A stretch of 63,997 nucleotides of DNA, the filler included, from Octopus bimaculoides (lineage: Eukaryota), in the NCBI RefSeq assembly GCF_001194135.2. It is 4 parts of 4 records of this genome, joined end to end, with 100 filler letters (N's around TTAATTAATTAA, not from the genome) between each part and the next. Parts side by side here need not be neighbours in the genome. Positions count along the whole stretch, not along the records: positions 1 to 25,093 come from NC_068984.1; 3 more parts are not named here. One strand, written 5' to 3'. The translations under genes were made by a program, and so were the position numbers. Below are positions 1-13,389 of the stretch, piece by piece (position 1 is the stretch's first letter; every line of letters begins with the position of its first letter). The notes under the pieces are model-generated. The model saw nothing but the letters and a program-made list of their open reading frames with translations, had not been told where the DNA came from and did not search any database.

Positions 1-361
1 TATATATATACATGTATACATACATACATATATACATGCATGAATACATATCAGCTGTATAATTTTATGTTATTTTAAATCTTTGTTTATCTCTTGCAAA
101 TGTTACATTTACCTTCACACCGTTTCACTGATACTCTTAATATATAGGTGAAACTAGGGGTACTATTTCTGGAGTTATGTTATCATTTGGATTGAAATGT
201 CGGTTTGCGTCGGTTAAACGTGATTTCTTTTGCATCTATCGATATTCATTTCGTCGTATTTTCTTATTTTTTCGGTTAATACACTTTTTATGGTTGTTCT
301 GAAAATTAAAAACAAAAGCAGTCATTATTGGAATGAAAAAATATTTAACCAAAAATTTGAA

Positions 362-481
362 ATAATATTTACGATAATATCTGTTTGGCTTATAATATTT
401 ACGATAATATCTGTCTGGCTTATAATATTTACGATAATATCTGTCTGGCTTATAATATTTACGATAATATCTGTCTGGCTT
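362..481. repeat. Tandem repeat, 4 x 30 bp
   Basis: Unit ATAATATTTACGATAATATCTGT(T/C)TGGCTT at 362, 392, 422 and 452, with a single variant position. Confidence 0.95.
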
Positions 482-699
482 AAATTGAGATGACTGATTT
501 ATAATAAAAAAAAAACTAGTCGATTTTCGATTATTTTCATTAAACCAGGACGTACATTTTTCTTTTCTGCTTCATTGATTGCAATGTTTAAATATGATGA
601 ACATCAGTCTAACTGTTCTTGCAGAACGTGATCCACATGAAGTGGTAAAAAAGCAAGGAATTTACAGATTGTAGCGGAAAAAGAGTAGAATGTATTGTA

Positions 700-1500
700 C
701 ATTCAAGAAGAAGACAAATAAGTAATGCATAGAACTAGTTGCGTAGGAATTATATAGGTTTAAACGGATGGACTTCTAACGTGAATTTAGCAATGTATTT
801 TAATTAGACAAAAGGATTATTCCACCCGCAATTAGAACTTTTGATAAAATTTGTAAGTAAATGGAAATCAGCCTAAAAATGAAGAGCTGTTTTTGTGCGT
901 GGTAGAGAACGTATTTCTTTTATTGAAACTTCACTCTTTCAGATATATGGATCAAGCACCAATTCAAGGTAGGTGTGAAGGTATTTGCATTTAGAAGAAT
1001 AAGAATGTCTTCTATTGCTCTTCGAACATATATGAAGTGAAGACGTGTATGCGCACGGTACTTTTTAAAACGAAAAGTTTCCATTCATATTATAGGACCT
1101 AAAAGTCTGTTCAACCAGTTGCTACATTCATAAGAGTAGTCGAAGACAGAACTTAAGAACTGCATCAGCTCTCAGATCTGTAAAACACTCATTATAATGC
1201 AGATTTCTTGTTATATATGTATAGGTACTAAGAAACCTCATCCAAATTTATGAAGACATGAAACTAACTGTTGTGTTGATATTACTGTTTCTTTTTTCGT
1301 CCAGTTACCAAACAGCTGTAATACCGGGACACTTTCTTTCATTGATAGTAGATATGTGTATCAATAGCTTAGATATAGCTTCTCTCCACCAAACTACACT
1401 TAAAGTAATTAATCAATGCCTGGCTATTGAAGAGATGCCACCAATAGAATGAAATGGAGGTCATCTTACGTATGTAGTGCATATCTTCACCGTACAACAA
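700..1500 (+). mobile_element. Possible very degraded hAT-like transposase remnant
   Basis: Only fragmentary motifs: IGLNGWTSNVN (cf. hAT xDGWT) near 755-785 and LPNSCNT near 1305-1325; many stops. Weak. Confidence 0.25.
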
Positions 1501-2159
1501 TGCAGCTTCTTCGTCATATACCCTTATATATAATTTGGTTATGCATTTGAGTCCTTAATAGCGAGTTAAATTATAATACTATTCCTGAAATATAGTAAAT
1601 ATTGGACATCAGGCAGATATATTGGAAATCGAATGAACGCTTTCCATTACCTATCAGTCAATAAAACGAACATTAGCTACTCATTAAAGCCAACATTTAA
1701 AACATTTTTTATAACTAAAGTCGATATTAAACGTCACCACTTCTATTAAGAGTGTCATGGTGCCCGGACGCTATATATGCCTCAGTTGATATCTTGGTTA
1801 ATATGTATATATATATATATATATATATATNNNNNNNNNNNNNNNNNNNNNNNNNNNNNNNNNNNNNNNNNNNNNNNNNNNNNNNNNNNNNNNNNNNNNN
1901 NNNNNNNNNNNNNNNNNNNNNNNNNNNNNNNNNNNNNNNNNNNNNNNNNNNNNNNNNNNNNNNNNNNNNNNNNNNNNNNNNNNNNNNNNNNNNNNNNNNN
2001 NNNNNNNNNNNNNNNNNNNNNNNNNNNNNNNNNNNNNNNNNNNNNNNNNNNNNNNNNNNNNNNNNNNNNNNNNNNNNNNNNNNNNNNNNNNNNNNNNNNN
2101 NCTGTCACATGATGCATCTTTGTTTTGCACAGCTTCTCCTCTGTTTGTCGATTTTCGCC

Positions 2160-2828
2160 ATGGCTCAAACGAACGAACAGCGGGCTTCCGGGAAATTCTG
2201 ATTTCTGCTGGGGAAAACAGTGGCCGAAACCGTTCTCTTCCTTCAAACAGCTTACAACGACGCTACCATGAGCAAAACACAAGTTTACGAGTGGTTTTCC
2301 CGCTTTAAGAATGGTCCCTTGTTGCTTGAAAACCAACCTCGTTCAGGGTGACTGTCGACCTCTGAAGAATGCTAGCACCATGAAAATTCGTGAACTGATA
2401 TTAGAGGACAGTCGCCGAACAATTCATGTACTTGTTGTTGTGACTGGTGTGTCCTGAAGCTCTTGCCAATAAATGTTTAGCGAGGATTCACAAATAAAAG
2501 AATTGCAGCAAAATTTGCTTGCTTAGGGAATATCAAAAGCAGTCACGTGTCCTGAAAAGAAGAGCAGTTGGAAGTTTGTCCGGAACTTTTTTCGAACGTC
2601 ATTACTGGTGATGAAAAATACAGCTACGGCTACAACCTTGAAACGGAGCAGCAATCAAGTCAGCGGAAGCATTCAATGCCACCACTCCTCAAAAAGACGC
2701 TTCAAATGAAGTCCAATGTCAAGAAGATGCTGATTTGCTTTATTGATGCGGAGAGTGTTGTCCACACAGACTTTGTTACTTCTGGTCAAACTATTAACCA
2801 GACATTTTACTTGGCAGTTCTGAAGCGT
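2160..2828 (+). mobile_element. Mariner (DD34D-type) transposase remnant, frameshifted, 3' truncated
   Basis: MAQTNEQRA..KF..LGKTVAETV..LQTAYNDATMSKTQVYEWFSRFKNG..LENQPRSG (HTH), then VITGDEKYSYGYNLETEQQSSQ..KSNVKKMLICFID..VVHTDFV..GQTINQTFYLAVLKR. Confidence 0.92.
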
Positions 2829-5598
2829 GGGTGTGTGTGTACAGTAATAATGGGAACATCGTCTAAGTTCTTTGATATGCTTACATTGTAAAATTGCTTT
2901 ATAGAACAAAACATATATATGTATATATATATATATAATTATGTATCCAAACAATATAACAAAATAATAAAACGTTGGAGATAAGGCGAATTTAAAATTG
3001 CAAAGTAGACCTTCACAAGGAATTCAAACAGAAGAGAAAATATTGTTATTGTCTGATTTAACGACTAATTTACGTGTGCTTGCACGTTTATGCATGTCGG
3101 TATGCACAATTTATATAAATATAAATTTTTATTTGTATTTTAATGGGTCTTAACAGTTTAGAAGAACATTATTTATAATTTCACAAGTAAATGTATGCCG
3201 GTTGAATCGCCTACAGTTAAACAAAATACAATCATATATGCACTAATATCAATTCAGCATAAACGCTCAAAAGTATATTTTGCGAAAGTGAGAACATAAG
3301 AAATTGATATAGAATTTGCAATCTTTTAGGTGCATACATATTTACCTTGAAGGAATGGCGTTAGCCACAAATTTATTATGCATATACAACTTTGTTGTAG
3401 TATATAGTCTAAAATATAACGACTACAACAGCAGTAAAATAATCAATATGAACTCTAGCAAGGAATGATATTTTTTCTCACTTCAACCGACGTAAGAGAT
3501 ATTGTTGCTTATCATTTGTGATATTGTTGCTCAATAGAACAAAATTTGAATAGAAGAATGAGTTTGAGATATCTTAATTTTGTTGATAGGCATAGAACTT
3601 CCGAGAATTTGTATTAACACTGGTTCGCCTCCACAATGTATTGTGGCTATGGGAATCCGTTACACAATTTTATATACTCAGTGCAATATAGGATTTCTTT
3701 AATTTGAATATTAATTTTCCGAGACTGTGAACAAAAAATCATTCCAATACAGTGATTGTTTTTTATGTTACTATTACTAATCATGATGTTAATGATTCAC
3801 TTAAATCAGTTATATTCTATATAAACATTTTCAAAATTTTACTACCTATTCAATACAAAATTAAGTATTTATGCATGCGAGGTCATACTAGCTTTTAACG
3901 AAGACGGAACAGGATTTCATCATTTGTGCACAATGCTACATGTATACAGTTTGATCCTTTACAGAATTTTGCAAATTATTTTAGAATTAACAGTTCTTAT
4001 GCGATTTCTTGGAAAGTAGATTTCAGCAGAGGATTTCGGTANNNNNNNNNNATATATATATATATAGGGGTGTTATAGGTGCTATCAGGGTATATATAGT
4101 GTTCACTTAATGCAGTTTTAATGGATTTAATTCTCATCATTCATTGCAATATAGGTGCTATTCCGCACCTTCAGTCACCATTTATGACAATTACTTTTTG
4201 CTAAGTGCTGAATAGCACTTATATTGCGAGAAATAAGGGATGGAACTCTTAAAGCGGCATGAAAATAACTACCGTATGAGCAGATCTAGAAGCACTGGAC
4301 CAATTCATCTGTTAGTAGCAGACTCCTTAGCAGTGTCTACTTCATTTCTCGGATGGTTTGGCTAAATATATCTGCCCTTATATATTTTTGCCATATAAAT
4401 TTATTTGCTGATTAAAATATGTTATATGCAGCTAAAATATTTCAAGTAGAATCCAATTCAGAATTCTTGCAATCCTCTGAATAGATTTTTATTTCCCGCC
4501 TTAAAAGAAGGGTATGTGTCCATAGGTTATAAAACGTATATGTTTATATTAACAGAATCATTGCATTTATTATCAAAATATTAGCAACTGTATTCTATGT
4601 TTACATGATACTGTCATGTTCTTGTGCTCTCTACAGATAATGTCCCAATCAATAATGATGTATCCGGGCATTCATATCCATCGGAATCTAATCATTTTTG
4701 AAGGCTATACAGATACACATACAGATGAATTAATTTAAAGTAATACTTTTTAAAGATTATTCCCTATGTATTCTTTAGCACATAACATAAAGAAAATATG
4801 GAGAACATTGCACAAGCCTTACTTTTGCTTTTGGTTTGTTTCTTTTGATTCATTCAGGGAACTTTAAATTTTCAGATTAAATTGAGTAAAACTCAAACTC
4901 GATATTACTCAAGCAGATCCCATAATAATTCTAAATATTTTATTCTAAGGATTATCGATACTTGTAGTGGAACATTTTCCAGTATAATTGATATTTAAAA
5001 CATTTTGGGCAAACGTTTGAAAATATTGATCATCTTTAATAATAACCAGAACCTATGCCACAATATTAGCAACACTGTTTTCGCAAATATGTAGGAGTAA
5101 TTACATATTGTGATTTACCTCTCTGAAGTGAAGTGAATAATTATTTCGTTGCAGGTAATCCAATATATACTCGATCAATTATGTACTAAACTCCATTATT
5201 ATTAACGATCAAAACACATTTTCGAATTTAATGAAGTTCCGAAATATTGAAAATCGCTTGTGAAAATAGTTAGAGAAATTTTTAAATATTTGACTAACCT
5301 TCCACAACACGAAAGAAACAATTTTCTAATGCATTATTATGAAAATTCTCAAATATATACTTTAGGAATCAATAAGAAACAATACACTTTTAGGGTTCTC
5401 AAGATAAATAGAGATGTTCACTAAACATCAGTGCTACTTCTATTCTCTGACAAATATACAAATATGTTCCTAAAAATATTTTTCTGCATCGCTCTAAAAA
5501 CGAAATCCATGATTTTCTTATAACAATAAAACTCAGATTATATATTGTATAAAGCTGCTATTATTGCATTATTTCTCATGTACATACATACATACTCT

Positions 5599-5616
5599 CA
5601 CACACACACACACACA

Positions 5617-5653
<37 letters not shown>
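5599..5653. repeat. (CA)10-CG-(TG)16 head-to-head microsatellite; 42-bp perfect palindrome 5599-5640
   Basis: Read directly from the sequence; centre CACGTG at 5617-5622. Confidence 0.9.
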
Positions 5654-5655
<2 letters not shown>

Positions 5656-8600
5656 CTGTTATTGTATATTTGCGCGTTTCTTTCCATATGCATATATATA
5701 ATTATATATTCATGTATGTTTTTTATGGAGATACAGAAAGGAGTAGTGTTACAGAATGTAATAAAGAGAAGTATATTTGCAGTAAATATTTTGGATAGCA
5801 TTTCATAAAAAAAATGAAACAGAAAGCCTGAAGAACAAAAAATACTGGAAAATATTTGTCGGTTTGTGCAAAGTAGTTGTATTCATAGAAGCTATCAATA
5901 TGTAGCAAAAAAATATATACACGTCATTTTTTCTTAGCTATGATTTGGTGTTCTATATCAGTAAACACGATGTTTGGAAAGTGTTCATATATATTTTGCA
6001 TAGTTATCCAGTCATTTACACTATGCGTGTGATGTTTGCTTGTGTGTATGTATGTGTGTAAGTGTGTGTGCATGAGTGTGTGTGTATGCGTATGTTTTAA
6101 ACTAACCATACCATGCGATACAAAAAAGCGTTGCAAGTATGTACGAATTATAAATCTTTTCCATGATAATTGGACTCCGCGCTTTCACACCCCCAAAATA
6201 ATACAACTGTCTGTAAAGACACCGATTGAAGATGCCTTTATTTAGTTGGTAACCAGATATGTCTGCCGTATATAATAATGAGATGAGTGCTTGCATATTT
6301 CGTATAAGTCGCCTAGTAATTTTAATTAATTATTGCTCATACTTTTACAACCCAATAGTTAAATACACATTTCTCCTCCAAATCAGTAGCAACATCTCCA
6401 GCGACTGCTTTATATTTTTTAGATACTGGCTTCCTCTCATATGTCTGGGTGCAATGTTTTCTTCATATTTCTTAGCTTCGCACATTAAATGTACAACATC
6501 AAATATAATAGCAAAAATTGCTCATACCTGATAGTTGTAAGATTTTACATCATGGATTCCATCATTACTTTTGCTATCTACGCGAGCATTATTCTTACTT
6601 TGCATCATTTTTCAAACCTTCTTCGTGCCTACATTTCTGATTTCCAAACATCATAATATTAGAGCACTCTTTCCACATCGTTCGGCAGCAGTCATTTATG
6701 GTAACGAGTGAAATTTAATGTGCCCGTTCGCTCGATCTGCTAGAAATAGCTCTCTTTGAAAAGTAACATAAGGTGATACCTAGTCCGTTGCGCTTAGAAT
6801 TATGACGGCATGTTTATTACATAAATACTTTGATGAGACATATTTTGGAAACGGAGTTTATCATATACAGATACGGATTTACTATAAGTGAAATATACCG
6901 CAGAGAGATGTAGGATAAAGAAAAGTTAAGAGTTTGATTGAATTTAATGCATTTGTACCTCATAAGCAAATTTGAGATAAATCCATGATTTACATTTAAT
7001 GTAAACTTATAAAATGTAGACATATAGTAGAAAAGGAATGAAAGGAAAATAATGATGTGGTGAACGGTGAATAATTAAAAATAATATCACTATACATTTC
7101 ATTTCAACTTCTTGCCATTTTTTAGTCATGTGAAACAGCAATGAATGTACATAAATTTCTATTTATATTGCGTAACAGATGAAACTTTCCTCGTAGTCAC
7201 ATGCATTTCCAAAAATTTAATAGTTTTTATTTAAATCAAAATACATTTGTTTTGAGTAAAAATAACAAAACTGATATTTTCTAATATCTCTGAATTATTA
7301 TTCCCAGTATGTACACCAGTGCCATGCCACAAAAAAGAAGCCCAAGCATGGTCAATGGATACAGCATTTCATTGCGTCATCTAAAAACTCCAAGTAAGTA
7401 TAAAGATTTTGGGAACATTTTCCAAACTATGTTACATTCCCTAAACTGACCACACATGCCCTAGCATAAGGTTTGCTATACATAGCTCAATATAAAGGCA
7501 ACAAACATAGAGTAACCTATAATTGAAAATGAGAAGAGAAACGTACGACCGTTCAATACGAAATCTCATTTAGAAAACACTCAGTATCTTTAAAGAGATT
7601 CGTGTAAGGTGAGATTATGTGTACATACATACATACATACACACATTCCTACATGCATACACACATATGCGTGTGTGTGTGTTTGTGTTTGTGTGTGTGT
7701 GTGTGTGTGTGAGTGTGTGTGTGTATGTGTGTGTGTGTGTGTGTGTGTCCGCGCGTGTGTATCGGTAAGTGTGTTTGCAAACGAAACTTGTACTTCGCTT
7801 GAAGCATTGAATTACAGAGGAAGAAATTGAATGAAACTTCTTACAATGGAAACATGTTTTAAATTATATTTTGCGTGCAAAGGCCTAGCTTCGAAATAAT
7901 GAAGTCAAAGAAATATGAATATGTATTTGCATACAATATGTTATTTCAGACATTTCGGTGTTTGAGTTAACAACCATCAGAAACTCTCCAACTGCTGGTA
8001 TTGGATACAGTTGCAGTAACAGGTTGTAGAATGAAATCAAATCAAATTTAATGGCAGGAGAAGAGCACGATGTGCTTAAGCCATGTAAAAAAAAAAAAAT
8101 TTAAAAAAAACAGTTATTGTTATATACAGTTATATACAGTTGAATGACATCTTGTTCCACTTGACTGCGATACGGACGGAGAATGCGACCTTCCGCCTGT
8201 TGAGTCGAAAGTGTCGGGGATAGATTTTGCGATAGACAATGGTGGCAGTCGTGCCGTGGTAGTGGTAGATGGTGATGATGTTGGCTTAGGTTTGTGTGTT
8301 GGTCGTGATCGCTGTGACGTATTAAAAGAAGCCACCCGGTTCATCAATAAATCTTGAATTTAAGCGTTTGTGGAAGGAAGGCGCGTAAGTAGACAGGCGA
8401 TCTTTTAGGCGGACTTAGAATTGTCGCACCATGATACCGATATAATAGCTTTAGCATTTGAGCACCGTATCTGGTAGAACACGTATACACATAGTCACAT
8501 GTTCGTGTTGCGAATACGGCATTCGCCAATGTGAAGGCTTTAATATATTTTCGTAGGGGCGGTACTGAATGGGCCAATATGAAGTTTAGGCCTTCCCTGC

Positions 8601-9033
8601 TGTGGGCCTTGTAGAGGGATCAGGTAATCATCTCATGCAAGCGGAGAATCTTCAAGAGGCAGGTCCTAGAGAGATTATTTTTGCCTAGTCTATGTGGCTT
8701 CTGTTCGAGAATGGAGTCAGCAATGAACATTGGATATTCGTTGGTCTCATGTACCTTAAGGAACTGAGCAACGGTTCATCCCAAGTTGTTTGGCCACTAC
8801 AATTCTTGTGTATCCTACATCAAAAGCTAGAATGTTGTTGCTGCTAGCTAAAAGACCGAGCTATACGAATTAACGTAATCTTTGGAAATACATAAAATTT
8901 TGACTGTTCTCTTCTGAAGAGAGTGGTTTACGGCTGAAATATGAAACTATTTCGGTTTAAATCTTCCTGCATTTTCATTAGGTTTCCTTATTTGTATTTC
9001 CACTTATCTACTATTTATACATGCATCTGTGTG

Positions 9034-9066
<33 letters not shown>

Positions 9067-9472
9067 TTATGTATGTATACATACATGTGAGCGTGCGTGT
9101 GTAGGCGGGCGCACCATTTGAAAATCTTAAGTCAGTTGAGTGTAGCGTATTTCGTCACCGAAGTGATCATTAGTATGCTACCATTATATTCATTAGTAAA
9201 TATATGTTTATATTATACAATCTTCGGAAGACTTTACAATTCGATATTTATATAGATGCACAAACATATATTACGCAGTACTTTTAGGGGTAATGCCTCA
9301 ATACAATTTACGAGTGTTCATATGGATTTATGCACACCTTCATGTATATGTCTGTGTGTATGCGTTCGGGTGTGTGTGTTTATGTGTATGTGTGCGTGTG
9401 TGTGTACATGTGTATGCATTTATAGATAGGTATGTATGTATATGTGTGAGACAGAAAGTCTTAGTAATTGTC

Positions 9473-9508
<36 letters not shown>

Positions 9509-11081
9509 NNNNNNNNNNNNNNNNNNNNNNNNNNNNNNNNNNNNNNNNNNNNNNNNNNNNNNNNNNNNNNNNNNNNNNNNNNNNNNNNNNNNNNNNNNNN
9601 NNNNNNNNNNNNNNNNNNNNNNNNNNNNNNNNNNNNNNNNNNNNNNNNNNNNNNNNNNNNNNNNNNNNNNNTATACATACAATAAATTACGCTTACATAC
9701 ATGTGTGCGCGTGCGCACACATATGTACGTATGTGCGTGCGTGCGTGTGCATGTATATGAATATGTGTAGACATATTTCTATTCCCAACAGTTTTATTAA
9801 TTTACGCTACTCACACGTTTATCTCTTTACTTTTTCTGAATACATTTCACCACAATGCTATTTCTTTAATTAAATGAAATAACAAATGATGTCTTTGATC
9901 TCATTTCTTAAGCGTATTGGAAATTCTTTAACCAACATAATTGTTTATTTTACCATATCTTTCTATTAATAATTGTTCAGTTTTCAAAGATGAAGAGAGA
10001 AAAAGAGAATATGTCAAACGAGTGATAAAACAAGTGAAAAGCTAAATTACGTTCATTAAAATAAATAAAGCAGAAGGTGATTTATTGAAATTAAAAAGAA
10101 ACAAAATCATTAGTGTTGAGTTCACTTTTTTCTTCATCATCTTTATGTTTATCACAAGCAAATCCAGTATATATTACCTCAACCATTTTCTCTATAACAT
10201 TTCCAGGCAGTTCCCTGATCCTCTTCGCTCGGTTTTATGCGCAAGGGACGCCGGAATTAGCTTTCTTCAACGCTTCTCACAATAAGCAAAATATAATTAT
10301 TGAAGGAAAGCGAGAGTAATGCAAAGACACACATATGTGCGCCCGCACACAAGTATATATAAACTGTGATATATGTATGTGCCAATACTATGTTCTGGTA
10401 TATTTGCAATGCTCCATATACGTGTGAAAAGAAAATAGCAAGTTACTGCATACCTTGTAAACATCTTAGATTTTCTGCACATTTATTAACAAATTCCCAG
10501 GAAATTACATATATTTTTGTGTATATATATGTGTGTGCATGCGCCTCTTTGTGTATGTATGGATGGATAGTGTTTGTGTGTTTGTACTTTTAAACTACTT
10601 TATAAATTCGATATTAATATTTTTCTTGAACACCTTTCTTGATACAACCTTGATTCTACTATTGAGACAACAAGAATTGTCACGATCCCTGCCTCTACGA
10701 TTTTGCACAATGTCTAAATCAAACATAGAAATATATCGAAGTAGCTAGCACGTTGTTAAAGAACGCCATATCTGCAGTTTCTCTAAAGTTTAAAATCCAT
10801 ACGAGAATTATCACGTTTTCTTTTGTCAAATTCTTTATCGCGTTTGTATTTTAATATTTAGAAATGTTAGCAAGACTCAAAATACATCCAGCAAAACAGT
10901 ATTTGCTCAGATGCCCGATGCGCAACTATCAAGGTCTAATTCTTAATGACAATGTTGTTTATTTCACGTATTTAGCCATACACTGTACGTCTCTGAAACG
11001 AGATGTTATGTCTTTTGTAATAATGGTATACCCCTCACACCTGACGAATGAAGTAATCATGTCACTATAAGTAAACATAGT

Positions 11082-11184
11082 ACTAGTAGGCGGTTAGAGA
11101 TAGTTGTGTATTTACTGGTGTTACTAAGTATACTGCATATCGAAGTGGACCTAATAATAATCCAATATTACTAAGGTTATAACA
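11082..11184 (+). repeat. 5' LTR of the Gypsy element
   Basis: Aligns without gaps to 13287-13389 (about 20 mismatches in 103 by manual count); ends TAACA and is followed by the PBS-like sequence. Confidence 0.88.
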
Positions 11185-13286
11185 GTAGCGACGAGGATAA
11201 ACCAATTCTCGTGAAGTCGATAGAAACTCGAAGAGGAGTTAATATACTCAATGAGGAATTTAAAATCTCATGAGGAATTAACAACTCATGAGTCGTTAAC
11301 ATACTCACAAAAGTTCTTGTTGAGCGAATTTTACGAAAAAATTTGTAAAATTATGGAACCTTTGTTGGCCGGTTTGTTCAGGTTATACAAACAGCAACAA
11401 CACACCAGCAACTGAAAGACCAACAACAGCAGCAGCTAAACAACAGCTGAGGTATCAAGACCACCAACAACAACTGAAAGAATAGCAAATGATACAATTA
11501 CTGAAGTCGTCAGGACGTTCAGAAAGATAGTGTTCTCGTCAGACTATGTCGCGAACTCCATAACAGAGTTCTGATACGAACCTTCGAAGCATACTACATA
11601 AGATATAAGCAAATTTTCGAGAAAGAAGGTAATGATTGGGACCACGAGATGAAAACTCGCTTAATCCAAGTGAAACAAATGCGAAATAGTCAGAATACAG
11701 ATAATTAGTTTTGTAAAGAACATGACAAAAATCAGAAAATAAACCCATGTTTTGTATGTGGAGGTATACACCCGAGGAACACTTGTCCCTTCTAAAAAAG
11801 CATAGTGCTTTTCTTGTGGAAAAATAGGACATATAAAGACGCACTGTAGAATGAAGATGATAAAACGTGAGAACAAAAGAACAAGAATAAAAGTATGTCC
11901 TCGGAAGAAATTTGTAATATAGCGATGAGGTAATTTGTGAAGGTGAAAATCAAAAATACAAGTGTTAAAATGCAATTGGATACTGATAGTAACATAACCT
12001 TCTTAAACGAAAAGACGTGGAAATATGTAAGCCGAAATTAATTAAATCGAAAAAGGTAGCACTTGGTGTGACGGGAAAAAGATTATGTTTTCGGTGAATT
12101 CGTATGTAATGTAACATTTGGAGCTCAAACGAAAAAGGCAAAGATATATGTATGAAAATGTTCACTCAATTTATTCAGCACAGAGTGGATTGAACTATTC
12201 AAAGTATGGAATACGCCAATAAATGTTTTGTGTAAATATAATCGATTCAGTCGAAGGTTCGAATGTAACTGAGGGACTGAAACAAAATAATTACAGTAAA
12301 ACAGTGGAACACCTGTATGTAAGCCAAAACAAAATAAAATATTGCCCACGATAAAAAGTGAACATTATTCAAAAATAGATGTCCCGTGGTCGAGACTACA
12401 CATCGATTTCGCTGGTCCTTTAAACGGTTCTTACTATATAGTAGTAGTTGCTATTTTTTTTTCGAAATAACCTGAAATTTTCAAATATAAAAAAAAAAAA
12501 CCTCAACTGTGACAAAACTTTTACACGAACTGTTTGTGAGATTTGGCATCCCAGACGTGATAGTGTTTCACAATAGAACGCAATTTGTGTCTAGCGAATT
12601 TTAAAGCAATTGCGAAACCTTCGCAGCTGCACATGTAACTGTCACCATACCATCCCAGATTTAATGGAGAAGCAGGCCGTTTTGTTGACACCTTTAAAAG
12701 ATCCCTTAGAAAATCGAATAAGGAAATCATGGATAAGGTAGCGCTACACCAATTGTTGAAAGTTACTGTTTGACACCAAATTCGAATACACCTGCAGATT
12801 GCTCACCAGCGGAGTTGATGTTTACAAGTTAAGTAAAATAAGTCTTTGATAAATTGCTACCTAGCAAGAGAAGAAGAATCCCAAGGAAGACACAGCAAGA
12901 TACTTTAAAGTTGATGAAAATGTGTATATATGGGCGCATACAAGAATGGAAAGCAGAGTTGGGAAGATGGCGTAATTACCAAATGCATAGGCAAAATGAT
13001 ATATTGGATAAAAAGTAGAAAATGCATAAAAGACAAACAGGGAAACCAACTGTAAAAGAGATTCGTGGAAAGCGATCCAAAGAAATTGGAGGAACCGATG
13101 GAATATTTGTTCGATACGTTCCAATTACAATACGTTCCAAATACCAACGCTACTAGAGGTGATTGAACCCAAGCGTACAAATGAGAGAAAAAGAAAGCAT
13201 ACGGAGCTCGTGAAAATAGATACCAAGCACAAAAAATTTTGAATTGTACGAATGGAATAACATAGTCACTATGCTTAAAGAGACTA

Positions 13287-13389
13287 CGTAGTAGGCAGTC
13301 AGAGATAGTCGTCTCTTTACTGGTTTTACTAAGTATACTGTATACCGAAGTGGGCGTTATAATATTCCAACATTGTTAAGGATATAGCG
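13287..13389 (+). repeat. 3' LTR of the Gypsy element
   Basis: Direct repeat of 11082-11184, preceded by purine-rich TTAAAGAGA (decayed PPT). No convincing TSD. Confidence 0.88.

Larger units (their letters stand above)
11082..13389 (+). mobile_element. Gypsy-type LTR retrotransposon, about 2.3 kb, degraded, lacking RT/RNase H
   Basis: Two 103-bp LTRs and a PBS-like GTAGCGACGAGG after the 5' LTR. Gag knuckles CFVCGGIHPRNTC and CFSCGKIGHIKTHC (about 11750-11850). Protease-like VKMQLDTDSNITF (about 11965-12000). Integrase VPWSRLHIDFAGPLNGSYYIVVV (about 12380-12450), with integrase remnants to about 13100. Confidence 0.9.

Noticed and set aside
362-481. CRISPR-like array
   Set aside because: Units are contiguous with no unique spacers, there are no cas genes, and the context is eukaryotic.
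8130-8860. Possible minus-strand Gypsy integrase C-terminal remnant
   Set aside because: Only vague resemblance (WDEPL..IQCS; Thr/Pro-rich tail); no catalytic motif or LTR could be confirmed by eye.
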